Of a stretch of 64,000 bases of DNA, positions 12,378 through 20,689 are shown one piece after another. Source of the DNA: Acidobacteriota bacterium (GTDB taxonomy: Bacteria; Acidobacteriota; UBA6911; RPQK01; JAJDTT01); the NCBI GenBank assembly GCA_965209055.1, contig OZ242374.1, positions 5,088,001-5,152,000 on the forward strand, given 5' to 3'. Position numbers and translations under genes: made by a program. The notes under the pieces are model-generated. The model did no database searches. It was not told where the DNA came from and worked only from the letters and a program-made list of their open reading frames with translations. Each line of letters begins with the position of its first letter. The first letter of the stretch is position 1.

Positions 12378-12418
12378 CGTTTCTTCTCCGCTGTTGATCC
12401 CTGAGAACGACTGGAGAC

Positions 12419-13462
12419 TCAGGGCAGAATTCGACGCAACTCCCTCAGAAACAGATCGTTTTCCTCCCGAGTGCCGACGCTCACCCGGATGCATTCGGAC
12501 AACCCGGGCAGATCGCTGCGGTCCCGAACCACGATACCGGTCTCCCGGAGCTTCCTGCAGATGGAGCCGGCTCCGGGGCAGTCGAACAGGAGAAAATTGC
12601 TTTGAGACGGAAAGATCCGCCCCAGGCCCGGAATCGCGGCCAGCTCTCGGGCCAACCGCTCCCGCTCCCGGCGGATGCGCCGCCAGGTTTCCCGGTGCCG
12701 CTCCCAACCTTCCAGGGCTTCCAATCCTTTTTGCATCACCAGCGAGCTGAGATTGTAGGGCGCCTTGACCTTGAGGAAAAAAGAGGTCACCAGGGGGCTC
12801 GCCACCGCGTATCCCAGCCTCAGGGCCGCCCTGCCGAACGCTTTCGACAGCGTCCTCATCACCACCAGGTTCGGAAAGACCTCCACCTGGTCGACCAGAG
12901 ACGGAGTTTCGGAGAACTCCACGTAGGCCTCGTCCAGCACGACGATTCCCTTCCATTCCCGGCACAGCTTCAGAATCTGCCCGGTTCCCAGAAGATCGCC
13001 GGTCGGATTGTTGGGGGAACAGAGAAACGCCACCTTCACCGAAGCCGGCACCTCCTTCAGGAAGGCGTCGGCATCGAGACGTTGGGCCCGGTCCAGGCGC
13101 GACTCGACGAGTGAGACTCCGAAGGTCTGCGCCATGACCCGGTACATCCCATAGGTGGGCTCGACGACGGCAACCTGGTCCTCACCGGGCTGGCAGAAGA
13201 TCTTGAAGATCCAGTCCAACACCTCGTCCGATCCGCAACCGGCCACCACCTGCTCGGGACGGGTGCCGGTGTAGGCCGCCAGCGCTTCCCTCAGACGGGT
13301 CTGGTTGGGATCCGGATAGCGGTTCAGTTGGATCCCCCGCCAGTCCACCGGGAAAGGACTCTCGTTGGCGTCCAGCAGAACACCCTCCTGCACTTCGTCG
13401 CGGGCCGACCGGTAGGCCTTGAGTTCCAGGATGTTCCGTCTCACCAGTTCGCGTACCTGCAT
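12419..13462 (-). CDS. hisC: Histidinol-phosphate aminotransferase
   Basis: LDANE, NRYPDP, GSDE, CSPNNPTG, DEAY, RTLSKAFG. Confidence 0.96.
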   Translation of the reverse strand: MQVRELVRRNILELKAYRSARDEVQEGVLLDANESPFPVDWRGIQLNRYPDPNQTRLREALAAYTGTRPEQVVAGCGSDEVLDWIFKIFCQPGEDQVAVVEPTYGMYRVMAQTFGVSLVESRLDRAQRLDADAFLKEVPASVKVAFLCSPNNPTGDLLGTGQILKLCREWKGIVVLDEAYVEFSETPSLVDQVEVFPNLVVMRTLSKAFGRAALRLGYAVASPLVTSFFLKVKAPYNLSSLVMQKGLEALEGWERHRETWRRIRRERERLARELAAIPGLGRIFPSQSNFLLFDCPGAGSICRKLRETGIVVRDRSDLPGLSECIRVSVGTREENDLFLRELRRILP

Positions 13463-13463
13463 C

Positions 13464-14777
13464 TCAGTCTCCCGCCGGAATCCGCCCGGCTTCACCGCTT
13501 CCGATCCGCACCTCGACCGCCCGCCGATGTCCCTCCAACTGTTCCAGCTCGGCCATCACCTCCAAGGTGGGGGCCAGCGAGCGGAGCCCTTCCCGGCTCA
13601 ATTCCTGGAACGTGATCTTCTTGACGAAACTGTCCAGGGAGACTCCCGAAAAACTCCGGGCCAGACCCGAGGTGGGCAGCGTGTGGTTGGTCCCCGAGGC
13701 GTAGTCCCCCGCCACCTCGGGAGACCAGGGACCCAGGAAGACCGATCCGGCGGCTTGAACCCGTTCAACCCATCGTTTCGGCTCGCGCACCTGAAGGATC
13801 AGGTGCTCCGGCGCATACCGATTGGCGAACTCCAAGGCCTCCTCCAGCGACGAGGTCCGCACTGCGAAACTCGATCCCAGAGCCGCCGCTGCCAGATCCC
13901 GCCGCGGGAGGTCCCCGAGGCGGAGGTCCAATTCCCGTTTGACTCGATCGATGACCTCAAGCGAAGGCGAGGCCAGAATGGCCAGGCTGTCGGCTCCGTG
14001 CTCGGCCTGGGAGATGAGGTCCGCGGCCACGAAGCCGGGTCGAGCCGTATCGTCCGCCACCACCAGGACCTCGCTGGGACCGGCCACCATGTCGATGGCG
14101 ACTCCCCGCTGTTGGGCCAGCAGCTTGGCCGTTTGAACGACGGGACTGCCGGGTCCCAGGATCTTGTCCACCCGGGGCACCGAAGAGGTGCCGAAACAGA
14201 GGGCCGCGATGGCCTGGGCGCCGCCAATCCGGAACACCTCGCGGATCCCGGCAATGGACGCGGCCGCCAGAACCTCGGGAGTCACCGAGCCGTCGCCCCG
14301 CGGGGGCGTGCAGAGGACCACTCGCGGACAACCGGCCAACATTGCGGGGACTCCAAGCATCAGGACGGTGGAAGGGAGGACGGCCGTTCCACCCGGCACA
14401 TAGAGGCCGACCCTTTCGATGGGCCGCTGTTCCCGCCAGCAGGTGATTCCCGGCTCCACCTCCAGGATGCCTTCCCTCAGACCCTGGGCGGCGTGAAACG
14501 CCCGAATGTTGGACGCCGTCCGTCGCAGGGCCTCCAGCCGGACGGGCGACACCTGTCCCAGAGCCGATTCGAACTCCGTCCTCGCGACCCGGGGCTCCCG
14601 GATCTCCGCCCTGTCGAATCGGAGGGTGTACTCCCGGACGGCATCGCCACCCTTCTCTTCGACAGCCGAGAAAATCCGGCTGCAGACCTTGAGAAGGTCC
14701 GGGTCTCCTACGGGGTTGCGGCGGCAAAGATTCGAGATCTGTCTGCCGGACAACCGCGAATAGTCGTAAACGTTCAT
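13464..14777 (-). CDS. hisD: Histidinol dehydrogenase
   Basis: GLYVPGG, GGAQAIAA, IDMVAGPSE, SQAEH, APEHL, GDYASGTNHTLPT. Confidence 0.97.
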   Translation of the reverse strand: MNVYDYSRLSGRQISNLCRRNPVGDPDLLKVCSRIFSAVEEKGGDAVREYTLRFDRAEIREPRVARTEFESALGQVSPVRLEALRRTASNIRAFHAAQGLREGILEVEPGITCWREQRPIERVGLYVPGGTAVLPSTVLMLGVPAMLAGCPRVVLCTPPRGDGSVTPEVLAAASIAGIREVFRIGGAQAIAALCFGTSSVPRVDKILGPGSPVVQTAKLLAQQRGVAIDMVAGPSEVLVVADDTARPGFVAADLISQAEHGADSLAILASPSLEVIDRVKRELDLRLGDLPRRDLAAAALGSSFAVRTSSLEEALEFANRYAPEHLILQVREPKRWVERVQAAGSVFLGPWSPEVAGDYASGTNHTLPTSGLARSFSGVSLDSFVKKITFQELSREGLRSLAPTLEVMAELEQLEGHRRAVEVRIGSGEAGRIPAGD

Positions 14778-14826
14778 CTCAACGCACCTGCGCTCTGCCG
14801 TCGTTTCCGCTCCCCTCCAAGAGAAA

Positions 14827-14905
14827 GGAGGGGCGATTTCCAATCGCCCAGTCTTCGTCGCCAAGTTTGTCACATTGGAGTTCGGCGATTGGAAATCGCC
14901 GCTCC
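14827..14905. repeat. 79-bp REP-doublet-like element, copy 1 (intergenic)
   Basis: Inverted 22-bp arms GGAG(G/C)GGCGATTTCCAATCGCC (14827-14848, 14884-14905), each itself a hairpin, 35-bp spacer. Confidence 0.85.
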
Positions 14906-14915
14906 TTTGCTTCTT

Positions 14916-15269
14916 CTACCGGGCGTCCGCCGGACCGGGCCGGTGGGGAATCTCTTTGGACGCCGCTTGCGACGGCTCGATTCCACCCAACCGCCGGATC
15001 ATCAGACGGTAGCCGCCTTCGCCGTATCGAAGCCAATGGGCGATCCGGGTGATGGTCGCCGTGCTGACTCCCGTGAGCCGATGGATCTCGCGGTAGGGGA
15101 TCTCCCGCGCCACCAACCGGGCGACCTGCCAACGTTCGGCCATGGCCGTGAGCTCCCCCATGGTACAGAGATCTCGAAAGAAGAGGGCGTACTCCTCTCT
15201 GCCCTTGAGACGGGACATGGCGTCGAAGAGCTCCCAGAGAGCCTCGTTCTCCTCCAATATGGTTTCCAT
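14916..15269 (-). CDS. YerC/YecD family TrpR-like regulator (candidate his repressor)
   Basis: FFRDLCTMGEL..MAERWQVA..L..PYREI...TGVSTATITRIA HTH; heads the his operon. Confidence 0.92.
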   Translation of the reverse strand: METILEENEALWELFDAMSRLKGREEYALFFRDLCTMGELTAMAERWQVARLVAREIPYREIHRLTGVSTATITRIAHWLRYGEGGYRLMIRRLGGIEPSQAASKEIPHRPGPADAR

Positions 15270-15288
15270 GTGATAACATGTTAGCACA
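15269..15288. promoter_or_regulatory. Candidate operator palindrome overlapping an extended -10 of the his operon
   Basis: TGTGATAACATGTTAGCACA, 18/20 self-complementary; minus-strand TGcTAACAT lies 8 nt before the ATG. Confidence 0.6.
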
Positions 15289-15389
15289 AAATAACACGGA
15301 AGACCAGCGGGGCGTGCAAGTCGCCTCATGACCGGACACTGGCAGTCCCGAACCGGCGCGCAATTGCCCCTCTTGCGTAGACCAAGAGG

Positions 15390-15434
15390 TTTTCCACAGC
15401 TTTTCCACAGAAGTCGGTCTTGGATTGTGGAACA
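15390..15434. promoter_or_regulatory. Cluster of DnaA-box-like 9-mers
   Basis: TTTTCCACA at 15390 and 15401; inverted TGTGGAACA (1 mismatch) at 15426. Confidence 0.5.
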
Positions 15435-15524
15435 TCGTCCGGACCTGCGACAAAGGCTGGACCGGCAGTGGGGGAGTGCCAGAAAGTCAGGGACCGGATA
15501 GCGGCCGGACCGCCGGAGGGCGAA

Positions 15525-16577
15525 CTACATGAGGTCCTGCATGACCTGTTGAAGGACCTCCGGACCCGGCTTGACCTTTTCGTGGGGCAGCGACACCAGA
15601 GGTTCGTCACACAGGTTCAGCGTGTCCAGGAACGACTTGGCCACCGGATTGACGTAGATGAGACCGGTCAACAGTTCCGAGTCGGCGGCGGAACTGTGGA
15701 GCAGGCGCACGGCCTCCCGGCGATTCATGGGATCGTAGTCCATGTCCAACTTGCGCAGCCGGATGACGGACCCGTCATGCATCTCCACGTCCTTCGCTTC
15801 ACCCTCCGGGTAATCCACCGGGGCGATGGGCTCGAAGCCGGGGATGAAATCGATCTGGTGCAGCAACTCCTCATGTTCCTTGGCCCAGGAGTAACTCTTG
15901 GTCGATCCGGGATGATTGTTGAAGGTCACACAGGGGCTGATCACGTCGAGCATGGCGGTTCCACTGTGGCTGAGCGCCCCCTTCAAGAGCGCCACCAGTT
16001 GTTTGGGATCTCCGGCGAACGAACGAGCCACGTAGGAGCATCCCATCTCGATCGCCAGCGAACAGCAGTCCATGGCCGGCAACTCGTTGACCACGCCGGT
16101 CTTGAGCGTCGAGCCGTCGTCGGCGGTCGCCGAGAACTGGCCCTTGGTGAGGCCGTAGACGCCATTGTTCTCAATGACGTAGATCATCGGCACGTTGCGA
16201 CGCAGCAGATGGCAGAACTGGCCCAGACCGATGGAGGCCGTGTCACCGTCTCCGCTCACCCCGATGCAGAGCAGACCACGATTCGCCAACATGGTTCCCG
16301 TGGCGACTGAAGGCATGCGTCCGTGGACACTGTTGAAGCCATGCGACGCGTTCATGAAATACGCCGGCGTCTTGCTGGAGCAGCCGATGCCGCTCATCTT
16401 GGCCACGGAGTACGGGTTGACGCCGATCTCGTAGAAGGCCCGGATAATCTGGTTGGTGATGGCGTCGTGGCCACACCCCGAGCACAGCGTCGACGGGTGA
16501 CCCCGGTAGGCGGAGCGGGACAACCCGATACGGTTTGTTTTCTTTGGCTTCCTTGGCGCCCTTGTACGTAATGCCAT
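15525..16577 (-). CDS. korB: 2-oxoacid:ferredoxin oxidoreductase beta subunit
   Basis: CSGCGH, SGIGCSSK, HGR, SGDGDTASIG, NNGVYGLTKGQ, SPCVTFN. Confidence 0.93.
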   Translation of the reverse strand: MALRTRAPRKPKKTNRIGLSRSAYRGHPSTLCSGCGHDAITNQIIRAFYEIGVNPYSVAKMSGIGCSSKTPAYFMNASHGFNSVHGRMPSVATGTMLANRGLLCIGVSGDGDTASIGLGQFCHLLRRNVPMIYVIENNGVYGLTKGQFSATADDGSTLKTGVVNELPAMDCCSLAIEMGCSYVARSFAGDPKQLVALLKGALSHSGTAMLDVISPCVTFNNHPGSTKSYSWAKEHEELLHQIDFIPGFEPIAPVDYPEGEAKDVEMHDGSVIRLRKLDMDYDPMNRREAVRLLHSSAADSELLTGLIYVNPVAKSFLDTLNLCDEPLVSLPHEKVKPGPEVLQQVMQDLM

Positions 16578-16586
16578 GGTGTTATT

Positions 16587-18440
16587 TCAGGATGGACGCT
16601 CTGCAGCGATCACCTGTTCGGTGACGAAACGGGCATCCAGCGGAAGTCCGGTGTAGTGACAGATTTTGCGAATCTTGGTGCCCGCCTCTCCCAACTCCAG
16701 TTGGATCAGATCGGCCATCTGGCCGTCCCGATTCTGCTCGACGACGTATACCCTCCGGCAAACGGCGACGAAGTCCTTCAACGCGGAACTCAACGGCAGG
16801 GCTCTGAGCCGGAGGTAATTGATCTCGATCCCAAACTCCTCAAGAAGCTGGTCCCGGCACTCCCCCATGGCCGAGTCCGACGACCCGTAGGCGATGATGC
16901 CGATCACCGCCTCTTCTCGCAAGTCGACCACGGGCTGCGGCACCAGCTCCCTCGCCGTATCGTACTTTCGCTTCAGACGGTCCATGAGCTGGACGTAGTC
17001 CTCGGGCCGCTCACTGTAGCCGGCACTGTCGTTGTGGCCGCTCCCGCGGGTGAAATAGGAGGCCAGGGGATGTTCCGTGCCCGGAAGCGTGCGATAGGGG
17101 ATTCCGTCCCCGTCCAAGTCGCGGTAACGGGCAAACTCCCCGGCGCGCTCCAAGTCGGCTGCCGTCAGGACCTTCCCCCTGTCCGGTGGCTCGGTGGGAT
17201 ATTCGAAGGGATCGCACATCCAGTTGTTCATGCCCAGATCCAGATCCGAGCCGACGAAGACCGGCTGCTGCAGCCGCTCCGCCAGGTCGAAAGCCTGCCG
17301 GGCCATTTCGAAACACTCCTCCATGTCCCCGGGCAGCAGGACAGGATGAGCCGTGTCCCCGTGCGAGAGACTGTGCAACGCCAGGATGTCGCCCTGGGCG
17401 GTGCGTGTCGGCAGGCCCGTGCTGGGACCGACCCGCTGAACGTCGAAAATAACGCACGGGATCTCGGCAAAATAGGCCAGTCCCGTAAATTCGCTCATCA
17501 ACGAGATGCCCGGACCCGAGGTCGAAGTCATGGATCTGGCGCCCGACCATCCGGCCCCGATGGCCATACCGAGGGCCGCCAACTCATCCTCGGCCTGGAC
17601 GACTGCAAAGGTGGCTTTCCCCGTCTCGGGGTCGGTTCGATACTGGTGCAGGTAGTTGGTGAGAGCTTCTCCCAGACTGCTGGCCGGGGTGATGGGATAC
17701 CAGGTCACCACGGTGACTCCACCAAACATGGCGCCGAGGGCGCAGGCGGAATTTCCGTCGATGATGATCTTGCCCTGGGTCTTGTCCATCCTTTCCAACC
17801 GGTACGGATCGCGCTTGGGAAGATGATCCCTCACATACTGAGCCCCCATGTGGGCAATCCGGATGTTCAGGTCGATGGCTTTCTGCTTCTTCTTGAACCA
17901 CTTGGCGATTGCCACCTCCACCTGTTCCATCTCGATGCCCAGGAACTCGGCCACGGAACCCACGTAGGCCATGTTGGCCACCAACTTGCGCAGCCTGGGA
18001 ATCCGAACCACTTCCGCCGCCAACTTGCTGAACGGAACGGGATAATAGATCAAGTCATCCCGGATCCCGGAGAGCTTGAGACGCTCTTCGTAGAGCACGA
18101 CCCGGCCCGGGTCCAGCGTTTCCACGTCCTCACGGGCCGTCTGCGCGTTCATCGCAATCAGGATGTCCACTTCCCGCTTGCAGCCGACGTAGCCTCGTTT
18201 GGATGCGCGAATGGTGAACCACGTGGGCAGTCCCGCGATATTGGAGGGGAAAAGGTTCTTGCCGCTGGTGGGGATGCCCATCTGGAAGATGGACCGCATC
18301 AGCACGTTGTTGGAGCTCTGGCTTCCGGAACCGTTCACCGTGGCGACCTGAATACTGAGGTCATTCACCACGCCGGCCTGGACGCCTTCCTGCTGGGGAA
18401 CGAAGGTTTGGGTCTGTGCGATGGCCAAATTGATCTCCAC
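16587..18440 (-). CDS. korA: 2-oxoacid:ferredoxin oxidoreductase alpha subunit
   Basis: ATVNGSGSQS, YPITPAS, QAEDE, TSGPG, QRVGPSTGLPT, VVEQN. Confidence 0.93.
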   Translation of the reverse strand: MEINLAIAQTQTFVPQQEGVQAGVVNDLSIQVATVNGSGSQSSNNVLMRSIFQMGIPTSGKNLFPSNIAGLPTWFTIRASKRGYVGCKREVDILIAMNAQTAREDVETLDPGRVVLYEERLKLSGIRDDLIYYPVPFSKLAAEVVRIPRLRKLVANMAYVGSVAEFLGIEMEQVEVAIAKWFKKKQKAIDLNIRIAHMGAQYVRDHLPKRDPYRLERMDKTQGKIIIDGNSACALGAMFGGVTVVTWYPITPASSLGEALTNYLHQYRTDPETGKATFAVVQAEDELAALGMAIGAGWSGARSMTSTSGPGISLMSEFTGLAYFAEIPCVIFDVQRVGPSTGLPTRTAQGDILALHSLSHGDTAHPVLLPGDMEECFEMARQAFDLAERLQQPVFVGSDLDLGMNNWMCDPFEYPTEPPDRGKVLTAADLERAGEFARYRDLDGDGIPYRTLPGTEHPLASYFTRGSGHNDSAGYSERPEDYVQLMDRLKRKYDTARELVPQPVVDLREEAVIGIIAYGSSDSAMGECRDQLLEEFGIEINYLRLRALPLSSALKDFVAVCRRVYVVEQNRDGQMADLIQLELGEAGTKIRKICHYTGLPLDARFVTEQVIAAERPS

Positions 18441-18549
18441 CGAAACCGGGGGCAGCCTCTACCCCACAAACGCCCGATCATTTTAGCAAACTACCAAGAC
18501 AAAGCACTCGGAATACGCATTCTTCTTTGTTGTAGACTTTCGGGCCAGG

Positions 18550-19296
18550 ATGCCCAGGGACCATCTCCACTTCATTCTGGTCCGAACCCGGTTCGCCTCC
18601 AATCTGGGCGCGGCCGCCCGCATCCTGAAGAACATGGGATTCAGCCGCCTGGTCCTGATCCGGCCCCGTTGCGAGGTCGGGGCCGAGGCCCGCATGATGG
18701 CCATGAAGGGAGCCGATCTGGTGGACCACGCCGTCTACTATCCCTCCCTGCGCGAGGCGAAGCGGGAGATTCGGATTCTGGCGGGGACCACGTCGAGATC
18801 GCCGAAGACAGGCACCCGCCGCGTCGGCAGCCGCACGCTGGCCGGCGAACTGGCCCCCCGGTACGGGTCCGCACCGCTGGGCATCGTTTTCGGACCCGAA
18901 GACAACGGCCTGTCGAGGGACGAGCTCCGGCTCTGTGAATGGCTGGTGGAAATCCCCACGGCCGGGGACTATCCGGTCCTGAATCTGGCTCAGGCAGTGG
19001 GCCTCGTGGCCTACGACCTCCACATGGCGGGTCTTGAGCCGGATGATTCTCCGTTTCTGAACCTCGCAGACCCGGCGGAATTCCGGTCGTTGATCGCTCG
19101 CCTGGAGATCGTCCTCAGATCGGCCGGCCTCCCCCCGCACCTGTCCCGGCAGCGGATCCTGGCCCGCTTGAACAGAATCCTGGGACGCGCGCAGTTGGAA
19201 AAGGAGGACGTCAAGCTGCTGAGGAGTTTGCTGGCCCTGGTTTCCCGTTCCCGTTGGGGGAATCGCCGGACCGGACAGCAGGCGCTTCACGAATGA
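18550..19296 (+). CDS. TrmJ/LasT-like SPOUT RNA methyltransferase
   Basis: NLGAAAR..KNMG, VFGPEDNGL, IPT..YPVLNLAQAV. Confidence 0.88.
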   Translation: MPRDHLHFILVRTRFASNLGAAARILKNMGFSRLVLIRPRCEVGAEARMMAMKGADLVDHAVYYPSLREAKREIRILAGTTSRSPKTGTRRVGSRTLAGELAPRYGSAPLGIVFGPEDNGLSRDELRLCEWLVEIPTAGDYPVLNLAQAVGLVAYDLHMAGLEPDDSPFLNLADPAEFRSLIARLEIVLRSAGLPPHLSRQRILARLNRILGRAQLEKEDVKLLRSLLALVSRSRWGNRRTGQQALHE

Positions 19297-20572
19297 CGTC
19301 CATGAAGGAAGAGACGGAAAAAACGGCATTGCCGATGCCCGGTTTCCCGTAACCCGGCGGGACCGGGAGCCGGTAACGTTCATGGGTGTCCCGCCAGACC
19401 CTCAACAGCCCCAGGTGATACTCGAGAGGGGCTCCTCCGGGATTGGACTTCCCCAGAACGCTCAGCGGTTCCGGACACCAAGTGGTAAAACGGGGCGCCA
19501 CGCCTCGGCTCATGAAGAAATCGAGACCCTCGCCGGTGGAGGCCAGCGCCTCCTCGACGCTGGTGAATCCGGCGGGCTGAGCCATCTCGATTCCGGCGAC
19601 GAAATTGGGGATTACGTGGGACGGGCCGAACACCTCGGCCGCATCCAGGATCCGCCGAATCCACTCGTCCCGTCCGATGTACTCGGCCTTGCCCGGACAG
19701 ATGATCTCGAAGAGCCTGGCGTCCCACACCTCGTAGTTGGGATGGTAGATCCGGACGCCGGCATCCTTGAAGCGCCGGACCGACTCCCGGGACAGCGCCT
19801 GGACCACCACCTTGCCCAGCCAGCGGCCCGGAAACCGCTCTTCGATGGCTTCCGGGTAACGGACGTAAAAGTCGATCTCCTCCTGGCCATCCAACTTTGA
19901 GGTGATGCTGCCCCCGGTCACCGTGTAGGCCTTGCTGATCGAATCGGTGTCCTGAATGATCTCCAGCGCCTCCAGAATCTCCTCAATCGTCTTCACGCCG
20001 GTATAGGAACGGCCCGATCTTCGCTGCTGCCGATAGTTCTCGTTGATGTCGCAGAACTGGCACTCCACCTTGCGTCCGAAGTACTGGCAGATCCGGAAGA
20101 CGGTGAGATAGAGGAGATACCCCCATTCGATGCTCGGCGCGATGTCGGTTATGGGCTTGCCGCTGGCAAGGGTGGACTTGTAGTACTCGGGAACCGCCGG
20201 AAACTCCACGCCGCAGATCTCCACTCCATCCAGGATCAGGATCAGCCTCCCGTCCTCTGAGCAGTCGATGCGGTAGGGGGACCCCGGATTCAGCCGGACC
20301 GAAACGATGGTTCGCCGGAAATTCCCCGCCCCGCCGGTCAGACAGATCTCTTCGGGCGCATGCAGGTTCTCCTGCTGCTCCATCGCGGTGATGGGCACGA
20401 GATCGAAGGAGAAGATGAAATAGGCCTTGGGTTTGTACCCGGACGCGATGGCCAGGGCATCCCTGGAAAAAGCGATCCCCGTTCGCAGGAGGTCCTCTTT
20501 GATGACGACTTCGCGCGGCAGGTCCCGAAAGGTCTCGGCCAGCGATTCGACCAGATCCAGGCGTGGGCTCAC
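19211..20572 (-). CDS. Radical SAM protein with non-canonical CX8CX2C motif
   Basis: CQYFGRKVECQFC, TGG SAM motif, NYEVWD..F..ICPGK, NFVAG.E; GTG start. Confidence 0.85.
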   Translation of the reverse strand: MSPRLDLVESLAETFRDLPREVVIKEDLLRTGIAFSRDALAIASGYKPKAYFIFSFDLVPITAMEQQENLHAPEEICLTGGAGNFRRTIVSVRLNPGSPYRIDCSEDGRLILILDGVEICGVEFPAVPEYYKSTLASGKPITDIAPSIEWGYLLYLTVFRICQYFGRKVECQFCDINENYRQQRRSGRSYTGVKTIEEILEALEIIQDTDSISKAYTVTGGSITSKLDGQEEIDFYVRYPEAIEERFPGRWLGKVVVQALSRESVRRFKDAGVRIYHPNYEVWDARLFEIICPGKAEYIGRDEWIRRILDAAEVFGPSHVIPNFVAGIEMAQPAGFTSVEEALASTGEGLDFFMSRGVAPRFTTWCPEPLSVLGKSNPGGAPLEYHLGLLRVWRDTHERYRLPVPPGYGKPGIGNAVFSVSSFMDVIREAPAVRSGDSPNGNGKPGPANSSAA

Positions 20573-20689
20573 AAAGCGTTAATGTAACAAAAAAGGGAGG
20601 AGAACGGTGTCGGGGCGCCCCTGTCGGCCCCTCTAACCGGCTTTATCTCCTTGACTCTTCACCCCTTGCCCTTCCCTATCCCGGAACTG

